NCBI RefSeq assembly: GCF_009914755.1
Contig: NC_060928.1
Length of the DNA stretch: 64,000 nucleotides
Source of the DNA: the human T2T-CHM13v2.0 reference genome, Homo sapiens
Direction: 5' to 3' (one strand)
In this document: positions 25,991 to 37,360 of the stretch, piece after piece
Position numbering within the stretch: position 1 is the first letter of the stretch
How the letters are laid out: each line of letters begins with the position of its first letter
Made by a program: the position numbers and the translations under genes
The notes under the pieces: model-generated
The model's input: only the letters and a program-made list of their open reading frames with translations
What the model was told of the DNA's origin: nothing
The model's database searches: none

Positions 25991-27792
25991 TAATCCCACA
26001 TTGTGTAAATGGAAAATTTTCTAGTCTTTTCCATCAGCTTTTCAGTAAGACATTTATTTAACTTTCATAGTGTACTTTTTGTATATTTCTTCTGAAACCA
26101 AATGTAACGCATCTTCATGATGGTGTTTGAAACTGCAGCCTAAATACAATTTAAAATAATATTAAGAAAATGCTACTAATTCCAAAGAACATTAAGACTA
26201 CTTTGTAATATAATCCTTTCTATCTCTCTCAGACCCACAAATTTAATGTCATCTGTTAGGAATATTCAGCATTTAAGGTCTTGGTTCTGTATGTTTGAAA
26301 GAGACTTGAAAGAAAGTGAGATTTTCATTGCTGAAAAGGCTGAGTGAATGTCAAGCTGGTCATTTTTCAGCTTACAGGCCGATTAGTTACAACAGTTCAA
26401 CTAGAAAGTCATTGCCCAGGGCAGTGTTCAAAGTAGTAGGCTCTATGATATAAACTGGCAGAGGGATATTCAAGCAAGTGGGAGAAGAGGGTCCTTTTAG
26501 GGAAGAATGTGGTTGAAAACATGAAAAACAAAATGCACTTTGAGACTCTCTTGGTCTTCATGGGAAGGCCACCCTCACAAGTCACTTCCTATTGTGACAA
26601 AAGGGAGCATCCTCTCTGTACATTTGCATCTATTTCATGTTCTCTCTTTTTTTTTTTTTTTAGAGTAATGTGATTTAGCACTGGTGCCTGCTGGATAGAA
26701 AGAGTCTGATTAATGTGTGGCACTTCGTGTTATAGCATATACACCCATGTAAGTGATGGAAGACCCTCACATAATTGGATATGAAATTGAATAAAATGAT
26801 GAAAAATTCAGCATAACCTTTGTCTTTATATGCTGCAGTGGGGAAAACCAAGAGGTCAGGATACTTGGAAACGATGAGGGGCATTTTATAGTCTCTGCTG
26901 GTAAAAATTTGTTTAACACAGTCCCATGATTAAAAGGAATGTGTATCCTGCTGTGGCACCAAGGTACAAGAGAGAGAATAATAAATTGATGCCATTGACA
27001 AGATGTCATTTGTTATCTGCTTTAAAATGTCAGGTCATGTCATTGTGGTGAAATATTTTCTCTCTTGATGTATGTCTTACAAAGCAGGTTCAATGTTTGG
27101 CCCTATTCTATTTCAATAAAAGAAAACAGCTTTTAATCTGAAAAGCACTGTCACCAGGAGGAAAATAAGGTCATTTGAGACTCTTATTTAGCCATTTCTC
27201 CACAACCCTCCATTAGCAGTATATTTCAGTCACCCAGTTGGTCCAAATTCTTTCTTTAATTTATCTTTTGAGGGGTGTAATTATCCATCTGCTCTCTTGG
27301 CCAAAGGCAGGAAGAAAAGGGGAGTTTAGATATTGTAAGGTTATAAAAAGGCCAAAACCTGGTAGCAGCACATTCTTACGTTCTGTACTTATGTGTTTGT
27401 TAGATTCTTCATAACTACTTCTCCCTGAAAGTCTCAGAGCACAAACATAGACAACAAAGCTCTCCTAGATTATATCAATTAGAGATAAGGGGAAAAATAT
27501 TAAATACAGAAATAGGAAAAACTATAAAAGTTACTTGAAATCTGCAGCACTGTTATGTAGATATATAATTTAAAATACTGCAAAACATAGATGAAGAAAA
27601 ACACAGGACTCAGCAAGCTGGTTTCCACTTTTTATGTGTACATATTTTCAATGTAAACTCATCATAGTGACCTCAGACAGAATATTTCTCTTGTGCACAC
27701 TAGACCAAGCTTAGATCCTGAATTATAAAGTTATATTTTCATCTAGCTCAAAGAGCGAAACCTGTTTTGGATGGCAGGAAACAAACGACTCA

Positions 27793-27809
27793 GCTGACTC
27801 AGCAAATTT
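27793..27809 (+). promoter_or_regulatory. Candidate AP-1/MARE/ARE (CNC-sMAF) site
   Basis: GCTGACTCAGCAAATTT: TGACTCAGCA core plus AT-rich tail. Motif match only, no functional data. Confidence 0.4.
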
Positions 27810-30139
27810 CTTAGTAAGTAAGATATCTGATCTCTTGATGGGTATATTTTAGCTCAATATTTTATACAAAAATCAAAATTGCAAGTGTTGAACTATAGAA
27901 ACAAATGAAGCAAGAAAGAACAAAGATAGCTCTAACTAGTGTGCCATAAGAGAAAGTCACTATAGAGGTGCTAAGACTTATAGGATAAGAATAGTGTTTC
28001 ACATACAATTCAGCATGAAACATTGCTTTAAAGGTCCTTGGGTATTTTTCCAAACAACATGTAAAATACAAACTGGTGGTTTTATTTTTATTTGCATGAA
28101 TATTTACCAATACAAAGGTTTTCAAATTATATTCTCGACACATACGAATTCCATGGGGGATGTCTCAGAGCTTTACTTAGGATCATTATGAAGAGACGAA
28201 AAGGTGGATTTACAAACACTAATCCCCACCATAAACCAAGTGACAACGTTTTGCTGTTGTTTTCATTTTTTAATAGTCTACTGTTAAAAGTAGTTTGTCA
28301 TGATAGCTAAGCCAATTTCTTTCTGAACCAGACAGAATGGAAGTCTTCTGTTTAAATGGAGCTACTTAGCTCCAATTTACTCTTGCCATATTCAAATCCA
28401 TATTTATCAAAACACCATGCCAAATCTTATTTTTAATGCTAGTTTAAATTTTCAGACTTTTTTCATGTGGAATCTGAAGTTTTTAATACTGACAAATATT
28501 TAAATTCAATGGTTAAATTAAATGATCTGGCCAGCTGAACTAAACATGTCTGTTAGTATGATGCGACCACTTTCCAGTGGCTGGAAATTATTAATTGTTT
28601 TTCAAACTACTGGGGTGCATTTGTTTAAAACTTTCTTGTGACAGATGAATTAGACAGAGTAGGTTTGTTTATTATTATCTTATTCTAAGGCAGAAGAAAT
28701 TGAAGAGGCTATTAGAGGTAAACAGAAATCCCAGTGAACTTATACAACCTCTAGTCATATTCAGAAACCCAAAGAGAAAAAACAAATTATTCACTTCAGA
28801 AATACCATCTTCTACAAGCTTAGTAGTGGTGCAGTATAGGCAAATAAACTAAAGGATAAGACCGTTCGTGAGAAATGACTGATTTCTTTAAAGACTTCTG
28901 TACACACACAAAAAATCTTCCTCATGATAATGAGTGTATCTAACTTCCTCAGAGATGGCATTTAGATGAATTTCCTATAGTGGTAGCAGCTGCTCCTTCA
29001 GTTATGGTTAAAAATACCAAGTCTCTATGTTCCTTTTATTCAAAATGCCAACATAGTTAATTAATTTAGGTGAACATAAAACTACGCTGAGTCCACACAT
29101 TAATTATTTAAACTTGTTAGTGCTTTCAGTGCATAGGAACTATGTATATTTTTAAGAGAAGAGAAATTTAGGGGATTTCACACCACAAAACAGAAGTTAC
29201 TAGAGAAATATAATCCTTAAAGGGGTTGGACTTTGAACATATGAGATTGGAATGGTCAAAGTGTCTTTAATACATATGAAATGTAGTTTAATGAAAATAA
29301 TAAGTTGTCCCTAATTTCCGCAGAAAAAGGCCAACAGTGTAAAGTATAGGGAAGATATGAAACTTGCACAATGGATGACTAATGTGGCAGGATGATTTAT
29401 TGAGATATTAACTTGGATTTTGCTCAGGTTTCTATAAACAATCTGATTCCAACAAGATGGTCAATTTTTTTTTCCACTCAGAGACTGCAGAGTATTTAGT
29501 TCCAAAGAAGATATTCCCAGATGTAAAAGGTAAGTCCCTTCCAATATTTGTTTGTAAGAGTTATGGAATTATACAAAATTATCTCAGAAGGAAAAGCAAA
29601 AATTTCTAAATGGGAAAGTTTCAGAGAATTTTCCTTCCAAAACTATGAAAGGCACAAAGGTTTTCTGAATCCCGTAGCATGTGGGTATGGCAGGATCTTG
29701 GTAGCAAATGTCTATGTGATGCCTTTAGAGAGGCTGAACAACTGAAACCAAACATCTTTCTATTGCAAGTTAACAGCACCTGAGCTTGGCATCTAAGGTA
29801 GTTTGGACACTAGGTATGTCAACCATGACCAGTATTGACTGACAAGCAGGGAGCCCTTCCCCAAATGTTCTACCACTTACTGAGGGAACTCAGTGACTGA
29901 GGGAACACGCACATTTTTCTATCCTATTAGTCTTTATGTTAATCCTTCATTGGCAACTTTTTAGCTTTCCTCACTCCACCTATTTTATAAAAGCCATTTT
30001 CATCAAAGCCATTTTCCTTTCCTTTTGTTAACCTTCCTTAGCACTGTTTCCTTTTCACTCCATGCATTCTCCTGGGTAATCCTATTGTTTCAATAATCAT
30101 CTATTATTTATTTGTTAATTATCTCAGTGTAAACTTTAC

Positions 30140-30370
30140 TTTTACCAGGAAATTATTCTTGACACTGTAGGTCTAGATTATTTGTCTTTCTGTGTGAGAT
30201 TTTAGAGTCCAACCTTATAATATCATGTGTTGGAGTCTACTATAATGACTGTCTCCTATACCAGAGTATAAATATCTCAATATAAAAACTAATCTTGTTT
30301 CCTATTATATCCCCACAAAGAACAGCACAGTGTCTGACACATCATAGCCACTCAATAAACATTTCTTGAT
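30140..30370 (+). mobile_element. L2 3' end
   Basis: TATCCCCACAAAGAACAGCACAGTGTCTGACACATCATAGCCACTCAATAAACATTTCTTGA. Confidence 0.65.
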
Positions 30371-30844
30371 TTTTAAAAAACTGATTAGAATAGTAGGACA
30401 CCCTAAGTATCTCTTTGTCCTCATACCATGGATTCTAGAGAGATAATGTCTTTCACATGTAACAAGAAAAAAAATTCTCCTTAGATGCTAGAATATCCAA
30501 GACTGTTGCACCCTCCTCTTCCTAAAGCTGAAGTCATTTAATTTCATCATTCTTCCAGTGTCTAGGATTAATTCTCAGTTTAAGGTGGTTAGAAATGGAG
30601 CTGTGAGGCAGTTGTGTAAAGACAGGACAGCAAGGACAAAAGATTCTAAATTATATTAACCTTGTTCTCTGGCTTGGCATCAAATCATTCCTACAGCTGA
30701 ACTAACTTTGTCCTTCTGCTTCAATTTTTATAAACTTGGCTTCCGCCTATCCCATTCCTGAATCTGTGTCTTAAAAATGACCTAGTGGCCCAATCTCTAT
30801 GGAATCATCCCTGTCTTACACTTGACAGCCTCTTTCCTACAGAT

Positions 30845-31130
30845 TGGAGGCTGCTTAAATATCACCTCCTCAGGGAAGCTTTCTACAATTCTGTTGACTA
30901 GGTTATATTTTCTTGCCATATGGTCTCATAGCACAGTATGGCACTTATTCAAAATACTCTCACACCGATTAGTTATGTAATAAATATGTATAATTTATGT
31001 TTATTTTCTTCACTAAAACATTGCTGCTGTGAAGGCAAATATCATGTCCACCTTGCTCACAACAAACTTTTGAGGTACTAGTATAGGATCTGGCAAATAG
31101 TAAATACTCAGTAGTAAACAAGTGAATTAA
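30845..31130 (+). mobile_element. L2 3' end
   Basis: CTTAAATATCACCTCCTCAGGGAAGCTTTCT...TCTGGCAAATAGTAAATACTCAGTA...GTGAAT. Confidence 0.7.
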
Positions 31131-33074
31131 CAAGCCAAGGTCATTGGCTGCGGGTATATTGCTTGAAGGCTAGCTATCTACTCTTCCTCCAGGTCTTCCG
31201 TGATCTCCACCTTTGTTACTTTAGAATAATCCAATCACTGACACTGGCACTTACTGTTTGTCTGGATCTAGCCTTTTAGTGTCACACCTCTGTGTGTGGC
31301 TTTTCTTCTAACACCTAATATTTAGTATTTTTCTCCACACATACAACTTCACAATAATCATCTAACCCCAGATTTTGGAACCCCTCAGGCTGCCTTATTT
31401 AGTCACAGTTATCTATGTCCCATCTAGTTATGTCCTAAGTTGAGACAAAGTGCCTTTGTAGCTCAAGAGACATGAAGTATAGTTTAACCAAAACAGCTGC
31501 TACTCCTGAGGTCATATTTGATGTTCCCAAACATCAAGAAATGTCATGGTGAGACAAACTAAACATCCCTATTTGAAGCAAGAGTTGCAAGTAAGAAGCC
31601 AGTTCAAAATGTTCCCTTGCATCAACAAAAAGAAATAATAAACATGCTAATGTTTGCAGAGATAATGAATTGACAGAGAAGACAGGGGTATGGAGATTCC
31701 AGAAAGCGAGCTTTTGCATTCTATATACTAGTAAATCCAGCCTTCAGAAAACAGTTGTTCAAAGGCTGATATTTAAGGGTAATAAGCTTTGAAATGGACA
31801 TAAGCAAAGACAAAATGTGAATGAAGTTATAATTAATAGGCTACTCAGCTCATTTTAAGCTTACAGTCATGTTTTAGCAATTAGCACTGACATAAGTAGA
31901 ATATCCCCCTTTTTTTAAATAAAGAATCTATAAACTTACCCCTTCTTCCATCATTTGTATTTCTGTTTGAAGGCTATGAAACATGGCTGTTTCTTCAATC
32001 TCTGGTAGAAGCTTACCTATGTGGTACATGAAGTCATGCAATTATCAATTGCAAGTTTATGTTTTATTGAACTATTACATAAAATGTACCTTTTGATTTT
32101 GTGAGCTTGGGTTTACTAAAATTATTAGATGTCTAGAATTTAAACTATTACTCTGGGCACTTAGTGGCATAAAGATTTATTATTAAATCTTCTCTGATAT
32201 TAGGGATCTTGACTTTTAAAGACAATTGCTTCTGGAGCCTTTTGAAATACTATCCTTAAAGTAATTTAACATAGCTTAAATAAAAACAAATAAAGTAATC
32301 ACACACATTTTATCATTATCTCAGAAAGATTTGCCACGTCTGCTTCTCTAAATACCTAAACAGTTCATTATTTAATTTATCTCCTCAGAGGTTGGTTGAC
32401 ATTTGCGTTTTAATGTTTCCAAAGGATTCTGCACACAGAGACATTTCCAAACAAAGGTGTCTTTTCATAAATGAATCATGATATTATCAAGACCTGCCTC
32501 AACAATCTCATTTTATCTGTATACCTGAAAGTTGATGTACAAATAGTTTTCAAATCAAAAGTGATGTCTAAATGAAATTTTTCTGACCACAACAAAAGTG
32601 TGTATGTCATGATGAGCTCACTGCTTAAAGGGACTGCATAGTGAGTGCATTTATTAAGAAAAATTCAGCTAAATAAGTGTCAATTTTGATAACAAACATG
32701 GGCTATATTTTTATCTAAGACACATCACTCAATAGATAAAAGAAATATAAATATCTAAATATATTAATATCTACATGTCAACTCTTTGTTCACCAAAATT
32801 AAATAAACTTATTTATTTGCTTGCTAAATGGACCTTCGGCATATTTTGGTACAGGTGTTACAGTGATGTGAAATGCAGTCATCACCATTAAGTAGCTTAA
32901 GTTATAGTGGGACAAATAACTACTCACACTATATAATATTCTAAAATTTAGTGTAGCAATTTTAAATAAAGATGAAAATTGGAAGCAGGTAAGAGGGAGA
33001 TTGATTCAATTGGACTACATCTTGGAGAAAACCCTTGAAAGATATAATGAAGGGAAGAACATTTTACAATAATG

Positions 33075-33315
33075 TAATAATAAATACTATAAATTTTATA
33101 CATGTTATTTTTAAGTATTCTGTAATTACTTTAAATTTGTTTCTGGCAAAAATTCTGTGAAGTATTACATTTCTCACATTACAGATAAGAAGTCTATGAT
33201 GAAGATGCTTGACCAAAGCCCAAACTACCTCTCTGCTAACAAGGTTAGAGTCAAAGTTTGAACCCACGTGTATCTATTTCAAAGCCCGAGTTCTTAATTA
33301 CTTTATTATATTGGC
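33075..33315 (-). mobile_element. MIR SINE
   Basis: CATTACAGATAAGAAG...CTTGACCAAAGCC...AGAGTCAAAGTTTGAACCCACGTG...TTCAAAGCCCGAGTTCTTAA. Confidence 0.7.
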
Positions 33316-33439
33316 CTCTTCTGAGGAGAGATACTGAGAGCAAAAGTAATCAGGTAGACAAGTACAGCAAATACATAAAAGAAGTTTGCTTGTCTAGGGC
33401 AATAGTGTCCACGTGTGTCTGCTCAGACATATAAATGAA

Positions 33440-33960
33440 ATCATTCAAAGGTAACGGCACTCAGAATGAAGTCCAAACACCTCACCACAGGTACTACGCT
33501 CTTGGTAAGCCGACCCAGACCCATTTCTCTGACTCCATTTCCTGCTATCTTCTCCCTCATCTATGCACATCTTCTTCTTTGAGAAAGCTAAAGATCTTTC
33601 TACCTTTGGCTTTTAATACTTACTCTTCCCTCTCCCCTCCTCCTAAGGTAAGATGCTTCCTTCATGTAATTTAAATATAACCTCCTAAAAGACATCATTC
33701 ATTTAGAGTTAGTCTAAAGAAAGCTCCTCTCTCTCATAAAAACATGATTTCCATTCCTCAAGCTGTGGTATTCCTCATCTTGCACAGCATTCATTGCTCC
33801 CTGCAATCACTTTGTTACGGTTTTCATGTTTATTATTTGCCCTTGTGTACTGGAATGGAAGTTCATAAAACAAGTGTATGTCTTGTTCACCACTGATCTC
33901 ACTGCTGAAGCGCATAATAGGTGTTCAACAATTATTTGATAAAGATTACATGAATGAAAT
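33440..33960 (+). mobile_element. L2 3' region
   Basis: CTCAGAATGAAGTCCAAAC...GTCTTGTTCACCACTG...ATAATAGGTGTTCAACAATTATTTG...ATGAATGAA. Confidence 0.65.
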
Positions 33961-35075
33961 ACTATGAGTCTAGCATTCCTATTAATCTTGAAATCAAAGC
34001 CTGTCCTCTGAACAGCTCACAGACTGTCTGTATTCCTCTCCTACGGCACCGATTACTCTCAATCACAGTTTCTGTATGTGATTATGTAAATTATTAGACT
34101 TCAATTGCCTTCAGGGCAGGGACAGTTCCTCTCTATCCCTCAAAGCACAGGGAAAACTATCTCTACACACTTATTGGCTTTAATTTCAGCAAGTAGGCAT
34201 CAGTAAGGTCGTTTACAGAATCTACCATGTAGCATAGAAAGTCATTTGAAATGCTGAGTTGTAGCCATTAATCTACAAACATTCCTTGTTAGACTGATGA
34301 AAGGACTATGTTAAGAGATCTGGAGCATTTTGCAAATATGCAAATTTATAAAAATATATTTGAGAGCTGTGTATACAAATGCATAAGGTTTTGGTCACAA
34401 AATAAGTGGTCAAGTAATACTTATATTTTCAAAAAGAAACTAAGAAGGAAATTTTCTTAACACCCTATTCAAAAGGGAAAAATATTCCCAAACTTTCCTC
34501 AATTTAGGTACTGAATAAATATATTTGAATTGATTAGGTTTTTGCTATCGAACAGTTTATCTCTCTGTACATTCATCTATCTATGATCTATTTCTTTTTT
34601 TATGTTGCATAGTTTATTTCACCACTTATTCGTTTCTGTACATCCTCGTATGTGCATTTTTTTTTTTTATAATACTTTAGGTTCTGGGATACATGTGCAG
34701 AACGTGCAGGTTTGTTGCAAAGGTGTACCTGTGCCATGGTGGTTTACAGCACCCATCAAACCGTCATTTACATTAGGTATTTCTCCTAATGCTATCCCTC
34801 TCCTTGCCCGAAAACCCCTGACAAGCCCTGGTGTGTTATGTTCCCCTCCTGTGTTCATATGTTCTCATTCTTCAACTCCCATTTACAAGTGAGAACATGC
34901 GGTGTTTGGTTTTCTGTTCCTGTGTTAGTTTGCTGAGAATGATGGTTTCTAGCTTCATCCACATCCCTGCAAAGGACATGAGCTCATTTGTTTTTATGGC
35001 TGCATAGTATTCCATGGTGTATATGTGCCACATTTTCTTCATCCAGTCTATCATTGATGGGCATTTGGGTTGGTT

Positions 35076-35474
35076 CTAAGTCTTTACTATTGTGAATAGT
35101 GCTGCAATAAACATATGTGTGCATGTGTCTTTATAGCAGAATGATTGATGATCCTTTGGGTATATACCCAGTAATGGGATTGCTGGGTCAAATGATATTT
35201 CTCGTTCTAGATCCTTGAGGAATCGCCACACTGTCCCCCACAATGGTTGAACTAATTTACACTCCCACCAACAGGGTAAAAGCGTTCCTATTTCTCCACA
35301 TCCTCTCCAGCACCTGTTGTTTCCTGACTTTTTAATGCTTGCCATTCTAACTGGTGTGAGATGGTATCTCATTGTGGTTTTGATTTGCATTTCTCTAATG
35401 ACCAGTGATGATGAGATTTTTTTCATATGTTTGTTGGCCCCATAAATGTCTTCTTGTGGGAAGTGTTTGTTCAT
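35076..35474 (-). pseudogene. L1 ORF2p C-terminal remnant (non-functional)
   Basis: Translation [19 protein letters not shown]...[25 protein letters not shown] matches the L1 ORF2p cysteine-rich C-terminal region. Confidence 0.9.
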
Positions 35475-35897
35475 ATCTTTTGATAGGGTTTTTTTTTTTT
35501 TTTTTTACTGTAAATTTGTTTAAGGGCTAATCTGGATATTAGCCCTTTGTCAGATGGATAGATTGCAAAATTTTTCTCCCATTCTGTAGGTTGCCTGTTC
35601 ACGCTGATGATAGTTTATTTTGCTGTGCAGAAGCTCTTTAGTTTAATTAGATCCCATTTGTAAGTTTTGGCTTTTGTTACAATTGCTTTTGGTGTTTTAA
35701 TCATGAAGTCTTTGCCCATGCCTATGTCCTGAATGGTATTGCCTAGGTTTTCTTCTAGGGTTTTTACGGTTTTAGGTCTTATGTTTAAGTCTTTAATCCA
35801 TCTTGAGTTAATTTTTGTATAAGGTGTAAGGAAGGGGTCCAGTTTCAGTTTTCTGCCAGTTTTCCCAACACCGTTTATTAAATAGGGAATCCTTTCC

Positions 35898-36029
35898 TCA
35901 TTGCTTCACTTCGTCAAACTCATTCTCTGTCCAGTTTTGTTCCTTTGCTGGCAAGGAGTTGTGATCCTTTGGAGAAGAGGCATTGTGGTTTTTGGCATTT
36001 TCAGGTTTTTTGTGCTGGTTTTTCCTCAT
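35898..36029 (-). pseudogene. L1 ORF1p N-terminus (41 codons) fused to ORF2 sequence
   Basis: MRKNQHKKPENAKNHNASSPKDHNSLPAKEQNWTENEFDEV|[10 protein letters not shown], read by hand. Confidence 0.85.
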
Positions 36030-37350
36030 CTTTTTGGATTTATCTACCTTTGGTCTTTGATGTTGGTAACCTTTGGATAGGGCTTTTGAGTGGGCATCCT
36101 TTTTGTTAATATTGGTGCTACTGCTTTCTGTTTGTTAGTTTTCCTTCTAAGAGTCAGGCCCCTCTTCTGCAGGTCTGCTGCAGTTTGATGGAGGTCCACT
36201 CCAGATCCTGTTTGCCTGGGTATCACCAGCAGAAGCTGCAGAACAGCAAAGATTGCTGCCTGCTGCTTCCTCTGGAAGCTTCATCCCAGAGGGGCACCAG
36301 CCAGATGCCAGCTGGAGCACTCCTGTATGAGGTGTCTGTCAACCCCTGCTGGGAGGTGTCTCCCAGTCAGGGGGAACGGGGATTGGGGACTCACTTGAGG
36401 AGGCAGTCTGTCCCTTAGCAGAGCTGGAGCGCTGTGCTGGGAGATCTGCTTCTTTCTTCAGAGCCAGCAGGCAGGAACGTTTAAATCTAATGAAGCTGCG
36501 CCCACAGCTGCCCCTTCCCCCAAGTGCTCTGTCCCAGGGAGATGGGAGTTTTATCTATAAGCCCCTGACTGGGGCTGCTGCCTTTCTTTCAGAGATGCCC
36601 TGCCCAGAGAGGAGAAATCTAGAGAGGCAGTCTGGCTACAGCAGCTTTGCCACGCTGCAGTGGGTTTCCATACCCAGTTTGACCTTCTCAGTGGCTTTGT
36701 TTATACTGTGAGGGGAAGACCGCCTACTCAGGCCTCAGTAATGGCAGACGCTCCTCCCCCGACCAAGATCGAGTGTCACAGGTTGACTTCAGACTGCTGT
36801 GCTGGCAGCTAGAATTTCAAGCCAGTGGATCATAGCTTGCTGGGCTCTGTGGGGGTGGGATCAGCTGAGCAAGACTACTTGGCTCCCTGGCTTCAGCTCC
36901 CTTTCCAGGGGAGTGAATCGTTCTATCTTGCTGGCGTTTCAGGCGCCACTGGGGTATGGAAAAAAACTGCAGCTAGCTTGGTGTCTGCTGAAACAGCCGC
37001 ATAGTTTTGTGCTTAAAACCCAGGGCCCTGGTCGTGTAGGCACCTGAGGAAATCCCCTGGTCTGCAGGTTGTGAAGACCGTGGGAAAAGCATAGTATTGG
37101 TGCTGGATAGCACCATCCCTTATGGCACAGTCCCTCACGGCTTCCCCTGGCTAGGGGAAGGAGTTCGCTGACCCCTTGCACTTCCCAGGTGAGGCGATGC
37201 CCCCACTGCTTCTGGTCACCCTCCGTGGGCTGCACTCACTGTCTAACCAGCCCCAATGAGATGAACCAAGTACCCCAGTTAGAAATGCAGAAATCACGCA
37301 CCTTCTACATTGGTCTCACTGGGAGCTGCAGACGGGAGTTGTTCCTATTC

Positions 37351-37360
37351 GGCCATCTTG
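37351..37360 (-). promoter_or_regulatory. YY1 site at the L1 5' end
   Basis: CAAGATGGCC on the minus strand about 12 nt inside the L1 5' terminus, the established position in primate L1 promoters. Confidence 0.75.
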
